Of a stretch of DNA of 64,000 bases, positions 11,998 to 25,231 are shown one piece after another. Location of the stretch: assembly GCA_001244265.2 (NCBI GenBank), contig CDLV01000008.1, forward strand, positions 1,178,001 through 1,242,000, read 5' to 3'. The notes below the pieces were generated by a model. It ran no database searches and was not told the DNA's origin. It was given only the letters and a program-made list of their open reading frames with translations. This stretch comes from Microbotryum violaceum (taxonomy: Eukaryota). The translations under genes and the position numbers were made by a program. The first letter of the stretch is position 1. Every line of letters starts with the position of its first letter.

Positions 11998-14900
11998 CTA
12001 CTCCTGCGAGACCTCCCTCGCCGTCGCAGCTTCAGATGCCGCCTTCTCTTTGAGTCGATCCGCTTCCACACCCAATTGATCCCACATCGCCCTCAACTTC
12101 TGCAAATCACCACAAAGTTCGACCAACTCCTGCGTGGGATCCTCGTCTTTCGCCTGCGGTCTATGGCTGAGGTAGATCCGGTTCGCGACGATGGCGAGCC
12201 CACGTCGATCGCCAAGGATCGCGACGAGGACCGTGCCTGAGCGATGAATGTATTGCGAACGAGGGGAAGGACTGCGTTTGTAGGAATACTGCACGTCGAC
12301 GTCGGAGGGGAAGCTGGAATCGGCGCCGATGTCGAGAAAGAAGCCGAGCGAACGGAGAAGACCAGCTTCGTAGTACCTGAACGATATGGGAAAGATCAGC
12401 AACCATGGTGCAGCTTGTCGAGAAGTGTGCAAAAAGTCAGAGTGCTTACTCTTGCGGTAATGTCGAGTCTACGATTGGAGGTGGAGGTACCTTGAAGGGC
12501 AAGATCGTGGTCGATTGAAACGGGTTGTGCAGGTCTTCGACAGCTCGCGTCGAGACCTCGATCAGCCTTAAGCCAAACTTTTGCACCTGCCTCGACCAAG
12601 CCTGGATTGCGCTATCAATGATCTTGCCCGACCCAGAAAGCCAGTTCAATTCGAGGTGGTATGCTGCATTACGGTTGTGCGAGCGATCGAGGTGACAAAT
12701 GACGCGCTCGGCCCTGGACGACTTTTTGCCGAGGTGGTCGAGATCGACAATGACCGCGTACGACATTTGTACGACCGGTTTCTTGGGGGTAGGCGAAGGC
12801 GCCGAGGTGCCCATGTCGCCGAGGTGTTCTGGGGCGGAGATCGGTGAGGGCAACTGCATATCACGATCGAATAAAGGCGAAGCCGGTGGCGGCGTCTCCG
12901 AAGTGTTGGTGAGGCGCGACAGCCACGTCGACAAGCGAGGAATATGAGGGTTCGCTGACTGGGATGAATGAGCCGCACGATTCACCGCGGTCGCCAAAAG
13001 ATCCGGATTAGCCGACGTCGCATTGTTGGCCATCATCGAGGCCCACTCGGGGGCAGTGAGAGAGGTGCTGCAAAATAAAGGGCGAAGTTAGTTCAAGCAT
13101 ATACCCCGAGATCTACAGCGTATGTTCTGACTCACTGGGAGATCGGGATTTGCTCCCGATCTGCACCAGGTGGGATCCATCGCGCAGACTCGATGAGGTC
13201 TCTGAACGTGTAGAACCCCTGGTCATTGATCATCGCATCCGACGCGTCCGCTTCCAGTGCTTCCGTCGTTCGAATGATGCTCTCTCGCTCGTTTACGGTT
13301 TCAGCTGGAAGCAACACCAGCCGAGTCCGCCAAAAACGCAGCGAAGGCCGGAGGTCAGGTCTCTCTGCGCCAGCAACGAGCCGGTCAAGATGCTGCCAAT
13401 CGTCCGGCTCGATCATCGAAGGATACGGGAACTCAAGCTCGGTGTAGCGATATACGTTCGAGCCTTGGGTGAAGATGAGACCTGAGAAGTTATAGCTCTC
13501 TTTCGACCAAGTCCGGCGGCGGCGCATGATCTTGACGTGCACGGCTTGGGTTCGACGGTCGTACCAGATGCGATGGATCTGGTTCGCCAAGGTGAGGTAC
13601 ACTGCCGTCGAATCGCCGATATCGACCTCGTGCAGGACATCAGGCAAGGTCTTGGACGACGCCACAATGATCTCGTCGAGCGCACCGATGTGGTTCGCGG
13701 GCGTGACGAGCTGGAAGCCGTGCGAGAGCCGCTGCGACACCATCTCCAAGACAAGTTCGGCCACAACGTTGCGACCCGTCCTGCCCTGTTCCGACAACAG
13801 AAGGAACGAGTTCGATGTCGACGATGTCGGTACAGTATAACCGAAGTCCGAGTATTCTGTCGCCAGCGCATCGGCGGTGGGCAAAAAGTCGGTCGTCAAA
13901 GGCAGACAAGCCCCGCGAGTGATGGACACCCAGTTGACCGAGCGTTGGTCATTGGCGTGCCGGACAAAGATCGAAGCCCATCGTCGAGCCTGATCAGCCA
14001 GTCCGTTGCTTCGCCTTCCCGGCTTGGAAGGGTTAAAGCGAAAGGCAGTTGAGCGGTGGCCTGAGCTCTTGCCTTTGCTAATTCCCGTTGTGGTGAAATG
14101 CTTGAGCGAAGGCGAATTGCGCAAACCCCTTGAGGGTCGATCGGCCTCCTTGGGCTGGATGGCCCGGGTCTTGATCGAGATGGGGAGAGTGGGCCCTCTG
14201 ATTTGGGGAGAAGTCAGCAACGAAGTCCGGTTCGACGGAGGAGGGGATGTCGTGCCGTGATCAGATCTCCCGGAGGTGACAGACATGTCCGTGTCGAGGT
14301 CGAACTGGGGTATCACATTGGCTTGAGCTTCAACCCTTTGCACCGCAACCGAAGGGGCTGGCGTTGCGTTGCTTGTCGAGGCCGGTCCACGGAAGAGTCC
14401 AAGCCAGCCCGGTCGAGATGAATGGAACGATTGATTCGTAGATGACCCGCTGCCAGATGGGGTCGCGATTGTGTTGGTCAATCGAGCGATCAAAGCCGGG
14501 GTCGCCAACTTGTTACGATCCGTCTTGGTTTGGGCCGACGAAACGGTCCGAACCGAAGTGGCGACCGATGCCGAACGCGGTCGACTTGGCATCGGCGTCT
14601 TAGACCTCGAGCTTGTAGCCACTCGTTCCGCTTCGGAGATGCGTTGTTGTCGCCCTCGCTCCTTCTCGATTACGATCTCCTGTTCCCGCTCCCGCTCCAG
14701 CGTCACGCGCTTCATTTCCTCATCGTGCACCTTGGCTGTCTCAGCGGCTCTCTCATCCATTTCCCTTGAGCTCTGCGCCGACAAACTCCTTCCACCCCTC
14801 CCGCTTCCATCGCTCCCACTTTCGGTCGTTGCATCGCTATTGCTATGAGCTCCCTTGATCTTCGCGCCGATCGTCTTGTCCCAGCTCCCACCGGCATTGT

Positions 14901-17150
14901 TCGCCAACTCGACCGAACTTTCAGTCGTCGTGCTCATGGCTCCACTCTCTTTGGACCAGGTCGAAAGATCTTCCAACCCATCCCGAGCACCGACGGCCAT
15001 CGCATCATGCGTCTCCCTTTTGGCCTGACGCTTCTCCCATTCACTTAGGTAGCCAACGGGTTCACCATTCGCACCAGTTCCACCATCCTCGGCGTCCATC
15101 GCGGCATTGATTGGTGGCAGCAATGGGATCGCGATCGGCGTCCTCTCCCCTATTCCCTGAGAGAATAATTCGTAGCACCTCGCGCGGGGCATAAACCGAT
15201 CGATCCGATGCGGCTTGTCGACTTGCAGACCAAAGAAGGAGCAAAAAATGAACATGGGCTCGGCGTAATAGATCGACGTCTCTTGAAAAGGTCGCGAAGA
15301 GTCGTAGTACAGAGGATCCTTCTGATTATTGGGCAAGGCGATGCGGGTGGGGTCGCGGCCGAACGGGTTCTGCGGCGTGTTGTGCGACGAACCAGAGTGC
15401 TCGGCCGTAGCGGTCGTGTAGGGTCCCGAAGTTGCCGAATGAGTCGTACCATGCGATGAAGGGAGACCAACGTTCGTGGGCTGGATGTCCGTGCCGGCGC
15501 GCCGTTTGCCTTTGAAGCCATTGAAAGCGATATGAGGCTCGTCGGACAAGCCAGGCTCGTGACTCTGGAAGGCGAACAGCGGCACCGTATGCAAGGGGGT
15601 CTTGCTGAGCGAGATGAGGTCCAAACCAATTCCATGGTAGAGCATGCGTTCCGTTGTCAGTCGCAACAGGCGCTTGGGAACTTCGTAGTACGACGTGCCT
15701 GCGGTGAGAACAAGCACTTCCAAGCCGGTGCGTTGTAGATCTCGATCAATCCAATGCTCTTCAAACGAGTTGAGAGCGAGGTTCGTTGCTTCCAGCACCG
15801 GCGACTCGTGGGCGTAGGCGATCCGGCCCGTCAGTTTCTGCTCGCCCGTGGCTCGCGTGCGCAGCAGGACGGACTCGTGCCACCTTTGGATCTCTTGCGC
15901 CACCGTGCGAACAATGGAAGGATGAGGGGAGGGCGTGAGATCCATGATGACCTGAAGCAAACAAGATAGGGCGCGTGAGTCATGGGGCCGGTGGCCAGCA
16001 GCAGATAAAAAATGTGATTGACCTTGAAAAAGTCGCGATAGAGGGTCCCATTCTCGTGCCTCTTCATCGGCGCCCTCGCCTCTTCACCTTCTCCGTTGTC
16101 CTCATAGATTACGCGGCCATACAGAATGATGGAAACGGTATGGCTCGTCGAGTAGCCCCTATTCTTGGCGCCTCCCATGCCTTTTCTCTGCTTGCCCGAC
16201 CAGTGCTGGAACACTTCGTCGAGAAAGACTTCGCACCTTTCGCGCAGCATCGATCCGTCCTCTTCAAAGTGCCACATCTCTTGACTGATCTCGACAAAGA
16301 TGAAGCAACGCGCCGACTCTGAACGAAAAATGATCTTTGTCTCGTCGGTGATGTAGGCCGAGCGGAGGTGATGGTTGTTCAGGTTGAAGATGGCGCCAAC
16401 TCTGAGACGAGCGCCGATCAGTACCTCGGAAGTGACGCGTTGGTTGACAAATAGGCAGGTGCGAGCCAAACCGAGCGTGAGACGAAACATGTCCGGTCGC
16501 GAGAGGTAGAAGTTGTTGAAGTAGAGCTCGACGTGCGAGGCGACCAGTTCGTCAGGTGGGGGTGGGGTGAGCTAAAGCGTGTTCCGAGCAAGTAGCGCAC
16601 ATCATGGCCAGCGTTGCCGGACGAACAGTAAGCAGAATATACTAGAATATCACAATGCATGCACGAGATTTTCCTGTGGACTCAGTGCTGCGCGCCGGGG
16701 ACTGACCTGATGGTTGCGATCGGCTCGACTGAGCACCTCGACGACAACTTCGGTGCGCGGTTTGATCCACTTGAATGTCTTCTGCACGCTCTGTGAGACG
16801 AGCACTTGGGCCTTGGGCGGTCTTCTCCTTTCTCTGTCGCCTTGACTCGCTGCAGCGGCTGTAGCGGCTGTTGTGGAATGCTGCGCAGAGCCCTGCCCCT
16901 GTGCTGCGGAGGTATCGGCATTGGCCCCAATGTTCGTGGCTGCTCCCGCCGACGAGGGTGCAGCACTATCCGAGAAACGATCGACCTTGAACAGTAATGC
17001 CCGATCCTTGCCCTTATTCTTGCGCGAAGGGGTGGTAAGCGGTCGGATCGTCAGCAGATCACCGACCTGCGTCGAGGGCGGGTACGCCGAGGGGTGCACA
17101 AACACGTCGACCTTGGACAAGGCATCAACGTGCAGTTCGACAGGTGCCAT
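11998..17150 (-). CDS. IML1: SEACIT/GATOR1 subunit Iml1 (Sea1/DEPDC5 ortholog), multi-exon
   Basis: TKIIFRSESAR...EMWHFEEDG, LYRDFFKV, LEATNLALN...IDRDLQRTG, LRLTTERML, LPLTTDF, FWRTRLVLLP, HNRNAAYHLELNWL and QYIHRSG. Confidence 0.9.
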
Positions 17151-17684
17151 GCCTCAAGGTCGTGGCCGGTAAACCGAGCAGAACCCCGCGTACGGGGGAA
17201 GCTGGTTGAAGCTGGTAGAAGCTGGCAGCTCTTCCTCAGGCTTGAGATCTTTGAGAGGCGCGTTCCCTGCCGCTCGGACCCATTGGTGGATTGCCCCCGA
17301 CGCTCAAGGCCAAAATAACCCAGTGGGGTGAGCATCGACAGGGATTGCGATCGCCCCCCCAAGTTATATGGCCTTGAGGGAAGTAGTTGCAAATATGAAT
17401 TACAGAATTGACTTTGAGGTACGTCTTGAGTTTTGGACGGCGATAATCTAATAAACTCGGGCCGGGCCCACTGCACTGCAGCCACAGCCGCGGCGGCGCT
17501 CACGCGCTCTAAGCGGGAGCGCGATCGTCGGGCAGCCAATTTCCCTATTGGGCTCCATTACTCTCAAGCGCCGGTGGTGTAATGCTCTCGTCGACCACGT
17601 CGGGCTCACCCGTGCGCTCTCCCCTCAACACGCTCTCCCCCCGCCCCCTTCCTCATACCCTCTTCACACTGCTTCTCCCTTACC

Positions 17685-19760
17685 ATGTCTCGAGATCGAT
17701 TACGTGAAGCTCGGGTAAGTTTTTGAGTGTCGTCTTCTTCTCTGCAGGGAAAGTGACAAGAGGTTGTCCACACTCCATCGACCGTCGATTCACAGGCGGC
17801 GCTGTTGTGTGGCCCACCCCCCCGCGAGCGCTGTTTCGCCGAGCCAGCCAGCCAGCCAGCTAGCCGCCTTTGGCTCGTTCGAGAGTTGAACGAGCGAGCA
17901 CCGGGGAAGACAATAGCTGACTGAAAGATGATCGAGCCAAATAACCCGAACCGATCACCCTAAGCCAAGGAGCTACACTGATCCGTCCTCGTTCTCGTTG
18001 AAATGTCCTCCAACAGAGCCAACAGCAGGGGGGGCAGCAGCCCGGCGGCCAGCAGTACGGTTACGGATACGGGTGAGCGAGCGAGTGCCAGTCCGATCCT
18101 CCATCTGGTGAAGCCGTCAACGGCTGCCGGTCTCACCTTTCGTCGGCGTCGCGTCCGGTAATCGGCAGTTGCGAGAGCAAGAGGAGGGTTTCATACTGTC
18201 AAAGGCATCGTTCTGACCTGAGGGCATTCGTCCATATGGCTTTGGATCACAGTCAACCGGCACCGGGAAGCTATGCACCCCAGCAAAGCGCCCCCGCCCC
18301 CGCAGCAGCGTCGGGCTTTTCGCAACCGTCCTACGGTCAATACCCACCACAGCAAGCCCAGCAGCCCTCATACCCTCCTCAGCAGTCGAACCAAGCTAGC
18401 TATGGTAACGGTGCAGCTGCGGGAGGCTACCGACAGGGGGATATGCAGTCCTTCTTTGCCGAGGTCAGTGCCGATTCTGTATCATCCGGGTATCCCACCC
18501 AGCCCCGGTCCCACCAGTGCTGAAGAACCGTGCATCATTGTGATCGCAGGTTGAAGAAATCCAGGACGATATCAAACAACTGCACCAATACGTCAACCAG
18601 ATCTCGGACCTTCACTCCCGACGCTTGGCCACGACCGACGATGCGCAGCAATCCGAATCGTCGGCCCACCTCCAAGAACTGACGCAGGCCACCTCGTCCC
18701 TGATCAACTCGATCCGCGACCGCATCACCCGACTCAACAATCTCAATAAGCAGTCCCCGCCGGGCGACGCCGAGTTCAACACGCGCAAGCTCCAGGTCGG
18801 CGGTCTGCAGAACGCCTTCCGACGGGGCCTGGAGGAGTACAACTTGGTCGAGAAGAAGAGCAGAGAAAAGTACAGGCAGAGGGTCGAGAGGCAGATTAGG
18901 ATTGGTGCGTTTCGTTTCATGAGTTTAAACATCTAACCTTGAGCTGACGATCAGCGCATTGGCTACAGTCAAACCCGATGCCACTCAGGCCGAGATCAAG
19001 GCGGCCTTCGATGATCAACAAGCTGGCCAGCAGATCTTCTCTCAAGCAGTCAGTTGCACTATGCGTACTAGCCAAGGCGATATGGTAACTGACTTGCAAC
19101 TCCTGTCCCGGCGTCTCCCCAGCTGGTCTCGTCTCGTCAATCCGGTGCTCGTGCCGCTTTCGCCGAGGTGCAATCGAGGAACCAGGACTTGCGCAAGATC
19201 GAAGAGACCATCACTCAGCTTGCCCAAATGATGCAGGATGTGAGTCATTGGTTTTCCACAAATTTTCCACTGGTGTGACCCCGACCTGAGCCGCGCCGAT
19301 GGTACGTTCCAGATGGCTACTCTCGTCTTGGAGCAAGACGACAGTGTCAAGCAGATCGAAGCCACGGCTGTGCAAGCCAACACCGATGTTGAGCAAGGGT
19401 ACGTAGGCTGGTATTTCCAAGATGTACAAAAACCAGCGGCTAATGTCTAGCAATCTCATCAGTTTGCAACAAACCCAGAAGGCCGTCAAGTCAGCTCGCG
19501 CTGCTCGAAAGAAGAAGATATTCTGTGCCGGTATTGTGGTCGCGTAAGTCCTTTGCCGCGCACTCATTCGCCACCCGCGATCACGCAGCTGACTTCGCCC
19601 TTTGTGCTATCTCCGTGCCATCAATGTTCAGCATCATCGTGGGTAAGCCGAAGCGTGTTTGCTGTAATCTCCCGGGTCTAGCCCACCCAGCTGAGGCGAC
19701 TTATCCTTCTTCCTGGCAGTCGTGGTCGTCGTGGTCGTCGTCGAGGTCAGGAAGAAGTAG
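17685..19760 (+). CDS. Plasma-membrane syntaxin (SSO/Psy1-like t-SNARE), copy 1, many introns
   Basis: MSRDRLREAR|intron, a Habc region, the SNARE helix EVQSRNQDLRKIEETITQLAQMMQD, AVKSARAARKKKIFC and a C-terminal TM ending VEVRKK*. Confidence 0.85.
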
Positions 19761-20797
19761 AAGGCGTAATAAGAAGATGAGTCTCATCTCTGAATATCCT
19801 CTTGAACCGATTTATATCACCCATGTCTCTTGTGTTTTCTCCCCTCTCTCTTCCGACGCTCCTTCACTTTCCTTTCTGCTTGCGTTAGCTTCGCCCCATC
19901 GTAATTTCCGCTCTCTCTTTCTTCTGTTCTTACTACGTTCTTTGAGTCTGTGTCTGTGCCTGCGTGATCAAAAGAAAAGAAGCGACGAACACTCAAATCC
20001 TCTATCATTTGTTCCCTTTCTTGCGGTGAGGCCCGCTGGAGTGGGTCCGAGCGTGGGCCAGGCGCTCGTGCATAGATCCTGCGTTGTCATCAAGTACAAC
20101 TTGCTTACTTGATATGACATGACTTGCACGGACCCGCTTCTTCACTTCTTCCCGTAGATCTGAGCTCAAATTTGAGAAAGGTCTCGGGCCCGGGGAAGAA
20201 AGGGTTTCTCACGAGGTGGGTGCTTGTATGCAGTTTGGTAACTGAGGACAAGACGCGTGTGAGAGGTTGAACGACGCGCGCGTGCGCCTCTCGTTTCCTC
20301 CTCGCGAGACCCTGAGTCTGTGATTCCCAAGTCACTCGTTAAGATACCCCTCCTGTGTCTTGTACGACCTTCCCGGAGAACACAATCGACGCCGCCGAAC
20401 GTAGGCTTCCCAGTGTGTGATTCTGACAGGTCAGTGAGCTCTTGCCCCAGCCTCAGTGTGGGCTCAGCGACCCAAGCTCTCCTGAGTTTGGTCCCCTTGT
20501 TCACGGGCTCAAACGGGCCTGGCGCTGATCTTGCCTCCTTTCCCACCCTCACAGCATACACGATATACCATACGCCCATCACATCGAGTTGTGCTCTTAC
20601 AGGCCCCCTTCACGGTGTCATCCCAAATTAGCCCCTGTGGCGACCGATCCGCTCCTACGATCGAGCGACGAACGCGCCCGCGCACAATCCCTCAGCTCGT
20701 GATCATCTCTCTCGTGCTTCATCGAAACTCGACTCTTCAAGAGATCTCACCTTTTTGAAACCTGTGTACCCTCTAACTACTCCACAACCACCACAGA

Positions 20798-23700
20798 ATG
20801 GCGCCCCGATCACGCTCACCCGCGGCTGTGCCCGTGCTCAATTCAGTCTCAGTGACGGGATCAGGAACGAACCCTACAAGTCGTGGTGGTGACCAACACG
20901 CCTCCACCTCGGCCTCGACATTCACTTCCCAAGTACCGCACCACGAGAGGCGTCTATCGAACCCCGCGATGCCGGTCTCGTACGCGTATGGCGCTCCACC
21001 CGCGCCCGTCGGTTCTTCACCCCTTGGATCGCCGGCTTCGAGATCATCGAACCGGAGGGTCAACACTGGGGAATCGAACGATGCACAGAGTACGAGCTCG
21101 AATTCGAGACGAGGTGTGTCTCTACGAGCGCAGTCTTTGTTGAGGGGAGAGGTCGAGGCGGGTCAGGACGAGACCATCCTCATCACGGGTGAGGATGACG
21201 AAGAAGAAGAGGACGAGGATTCATTCGAACTCGAAAAGCAACGACACTTGGAGAGGGAAGAATCGATCGGAAGGTCCCTTGAACCCGCTGCAGTGAGATA
21301 TGCTCGTCTAGCTGAAAGAAAACGGAACACCGGTTCGGCCCTTCGACAACCGACCAATTTCGGGACGACGACGACGACCGGTGTGGCTTCGACATCGAGT
21401 TCAAAGACGAGGCCTGCGACGGACCTCAATAATACGAGCGTCAATATCGCCAATGCTTTCGCTGCTGCTGTAAAAGGAACCTCCTCGGCCGAGGGATTGA
21501 TGAGAGTTGGAGGCAAAAGGGCCACAGTGCCGGTACCAACACAGGAGACCGTTGGTCAAGAGGACGCCAGTGAAGAGGAAGATAGTGGCAAGGAGACCCA
21601 CTGTGCTGGTGGAGGGGCTGGAACCGATGGTAGTAAGAAGCGAAAGGTGAGTGCTCACAGCTCGCGCCAACAGTGAATGAATAACCGAGCTGATCACAGC
21701 ATTCGTGACGGCAGAAACGCAACTCGACTCCGAAGGATGTCTCGTTCAAGCATCGGACTGGGGAAACGACAAGCGAGGAGGAGCTATCGGAAGAGGCCCG
21801 AGCCAAGGCGAAGCGACCCAAAAAGATGACCAGCACGACCTCTCCCGAACGGGAACGCGGCAACGATGCCGAGAAGGAGCATGTGTCCGGGCAGAGGAAG
21901 ACTTCACCGAACGCAAGGAGAAAGTTGACGACTGATTCAGCCTACAAACCCACGGGCGAATCGGAAGCAACCTCGGGGGACGACATCTCTGACGACGCAA
22001 ACGCTCGTAGGAGAAAGAGCAAAGGCAAAGGTCGGGCGAGCACCGGATCGGCAACTTTGAGCGCAATTCCGATTGGGAGACGAGACAACGAGGTGTGGCA
22101 GAAGGCCAAAAAGAGAAAAGGGCGGAAGGGGAGAGGCACAGGCGAAGGCGAAGGCGTCGACGACGAAGGAGCAGGCTCGGATGATGAATATGCTCGAAAC
22201 GACGACAAGGAGCAGGATATGGGAGGCATGGAGCACGATTTTGAGCCGAACATCTCGGTCGAGCCACCGTCGGTCTCGTTCTTTCTTCGAGACAAATCCC
22301 CCTCCGATCGAACGCAGGCATCGGCGCAGAAAGAAGTGGTCACACCGCAGCTCAAGCTCGGAGGATATCCGACGTCTTCCCCGGGCACACATTCGCCATT
22401 CCAACCCTTGCGCGCCTTCACGTTTGGCTTTGGTGGTCGAGGCGCGAATGCCGCCGCACCACCTGTCGATCCTTCCTTCGACGATTTCGATCAGACTCTC
22501 AATCCTGGCCGCACTCAACCCTCACATTCCTTCAGTCGATCCCTAAGCCTCGACGACTCGCTTACTCGCGGTAGTTCCTACGATTATAGCGAAGAAGAAC
22601 GCATCGTCGCCGCGCTCGAGGAGCAGCGACGGCTCAATCAGCTTGCGACCGAGCAGTCGAAAGGTGGTGCGGGTGACGGTGTCAACAGCTTGACGGCGGG
22701 TCTGCGACGGCGCCATCGACTCAATGGCGCCCCGGCCCTCGCTGGTATTCAAGAAGAGTCCCAGCACGTGAGGAGGAGCGGGATTGGTGCCTTCCTAGGC
22801 CGACAACTGTATCGTCTCTTCGCTGGCGTGTGGCGGACAATACAGGACCCGTTGTTGGACTGGCGCAAAATCTGGCGGGCGATCGGCCTGTTGCTGCTTG
22901 GTTTGCTCGCGATGGTATATTTAGTGTGAGTACGTTCGTGAGTCTGAATACTGGAATCTTGCTGACCTTTTCATCTCGCTCACAGACCCAACTTGACGTC
23001 CGATTCACCATCCAAATCGGCGTCATCTTCCGACCATTCGCCGTCCATCATTCATTACGTGCCCTTCTTCCGGCCATCGTCGACCTATCGGGCTCCTGCG
23101 ACACCCGCAGACTCACTCGAGGAATTGATCGCTCGCCTGACGTTGCTCGAAGGAGCGATGGGTCAGCTCTCTTCGCTTACCGACGGTGACCGAACCCGCA
23201 CAAAGGCGAATAATCAACTCATGTCAAAGATAGCGGAGCAGCTCTCTTCACTCGAGCAAACCCTGTCGGCCGAGCGCCAGAACGCTGCCAAAGCATTCGA
23301 ATCTTCCGTCAAGGCCAACGCAAAGCAGAACCACGAGCTCGAGCAGACTCTGAAGGGGGCGCGTGCCGACCTCGATGCGCTCGTGACGCGCGTGCAGACC
23401 TTCCAGGACGCTCATTCAGGCGATGCAGCCGACTTGCGCAAGCTCAAGGCCAGCATCGACGCCGCGGCCAAGGACATCGCTTCGCTGGGGGGCAAGGTCG
23501 CCCAAGTCGCGCAGGACGTGCGAAAGGGTCTCGACGGGGAACGCATGGCCAAAGTCGCGCTTGAAGCCATCGAAGAACGCCTTCCACCCAAGATGGCGGT
23601 CAAAGTCAACGAGAACGGCAAAGTTGAAGTCGACGCCACGTTCTGGCAATACCTGCGAGATGCGTTCGTCGACAAGAAAGAAGTCGAGAGCATCGTCAAT

Positions 23701-24870
23701 AGCAAGGTGGCCCGAGAAGTCGCCAAGCTGCCCCTCAAGACCGGCGGCGGTGGGCCGCTGGCTCCGATCGTCATCCATGAACCGCCCAAGTGGGATGATT
23801 TCCTCGAGGCCAATGACGCTGCGCTGCGCGCTCTCGTCTCTTCCAATATCGAAGGCCGCACGGGCTCAGATGCGATCGTGACGCGCAGGGCTTTTCTCGA
23901 CACGCTGCGGCGCGAAATCAAGACGCTTAAGGCCGACTTTGAGGCCAAGGCGAACGAAAATGTCGAAAGGATCGGGCAAGAGCTTTTGCGCAAGGTGGCT
24001 AAGCAAGAAGAGATGAAGCGCAAGGAGAGTGGTGGCGACGGGATCGCATCGCATCTACACCTTCCCTTCACCGGTCACAAAGGAGGCGAGGGCGGCTCAT
24101 CGGCAACCATTCCGAGCGACAACGTGGCGGCTTTGGTCTCGTCGCTCGTCGATTCAGCTCTACTTCGCTACTCCAAAGACGTCCTCGCTCGCCCAGACTA
24201 CGCGCTCTTCACCGCAGGTGGCCGGGTTGTCCGGACGCTGACTTCGCCAACGTACGAAGCCAACCCTCTCGGGGCAAGTCGGCGAGCTCTGGCTTGGGTG
24301 ACCGGCACCGCTGGGCCGCGTGGTCGACCCCCCGTCACGGCCTTGCATCCCGACAACGCACCAGGGTCGTGCTGGCCCTTTGCCGGTTCACGTGGTCAGC
24401 TAGGGATTCAGCTTAGCCGCAGTATCGTGCCTAGCGACGTCACGATCGAGCACGTCTCCATTGACGTCTCCCTCGACGGGACTGTCGCCAGTGCGCCTCG
24501 CGAGTTTGAGGTCTGGGGTGTTGTCGAATCTCGCTCCGATATCGATCGCTTGGCTCGCTACCGATACGAGCAGCTCGAGGCGCGTCGAAAAGCGGAGGTG
24601 CAGGGGGACGACGAGGCCAGAGGTTTCGAGCTCGAGCCTCCTACCTCGATCCCTCCGACGCCCGACCACATCCTGCTAGCGATCGGCTCGTACGACGCTG
24701 CGTCGCCTGCGCCGATCCAGACTTTCCCCGTGACACCTATGGCCCGCCAACTTGCGATTCCCGTCCAAGTAGTTGTACTCAAGGTCCTAACGAACCATGG
24801 CGAGTCGGCTTACACCTGCCTGTATCGCGTCAGGGTCGGTGGCACGTCCACCACCATCTCGGCGCAATGA
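20798..24870 (+). CDS. SUN-domain (Sad1/UNC-84) nuclear envelope protein
   Basis: Disordered N-terminus, TM (AIGLLLLGLLAMV), coiled coil, then the SUN domain: PDYALFTAGG, PGSCWPFAGSRG, VTIEHV, SAPREFEVWG, NHG...YTCLYRVRV. Confidence 0.88.
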
Positions 24871-25231
24871 AGGGACAACGAGCTTGACCGTCTGCTCGCC
24901 CCACTCCACTTCCATCGACGTTCCTTGTCGATTACTCTCTTTTGTTGTTCTTGTCTTGTCTCCTTTCAGTAACACCTATTCATTCGCTTCAGTTGCTTAC
25001 ATCGAACCTGTTCTTTGGCTTTTTTTGGCAACGCAACGCTTCAATCGTTTTCGTCACAACATTACACTTTTGTACTTGCGAATCGCATACAGAGAAGCAA
25101 TACTATGGATAGACCAAATACACTAAGAGACTAACTCGAACACCTATAAGCACAACACGGTAAACCCTTGCTCTCCGTCCCACTTCTGAGCATTCACGAT
25201 AAATTTATGGCTCCTGTCGGGGTACGAGTCT

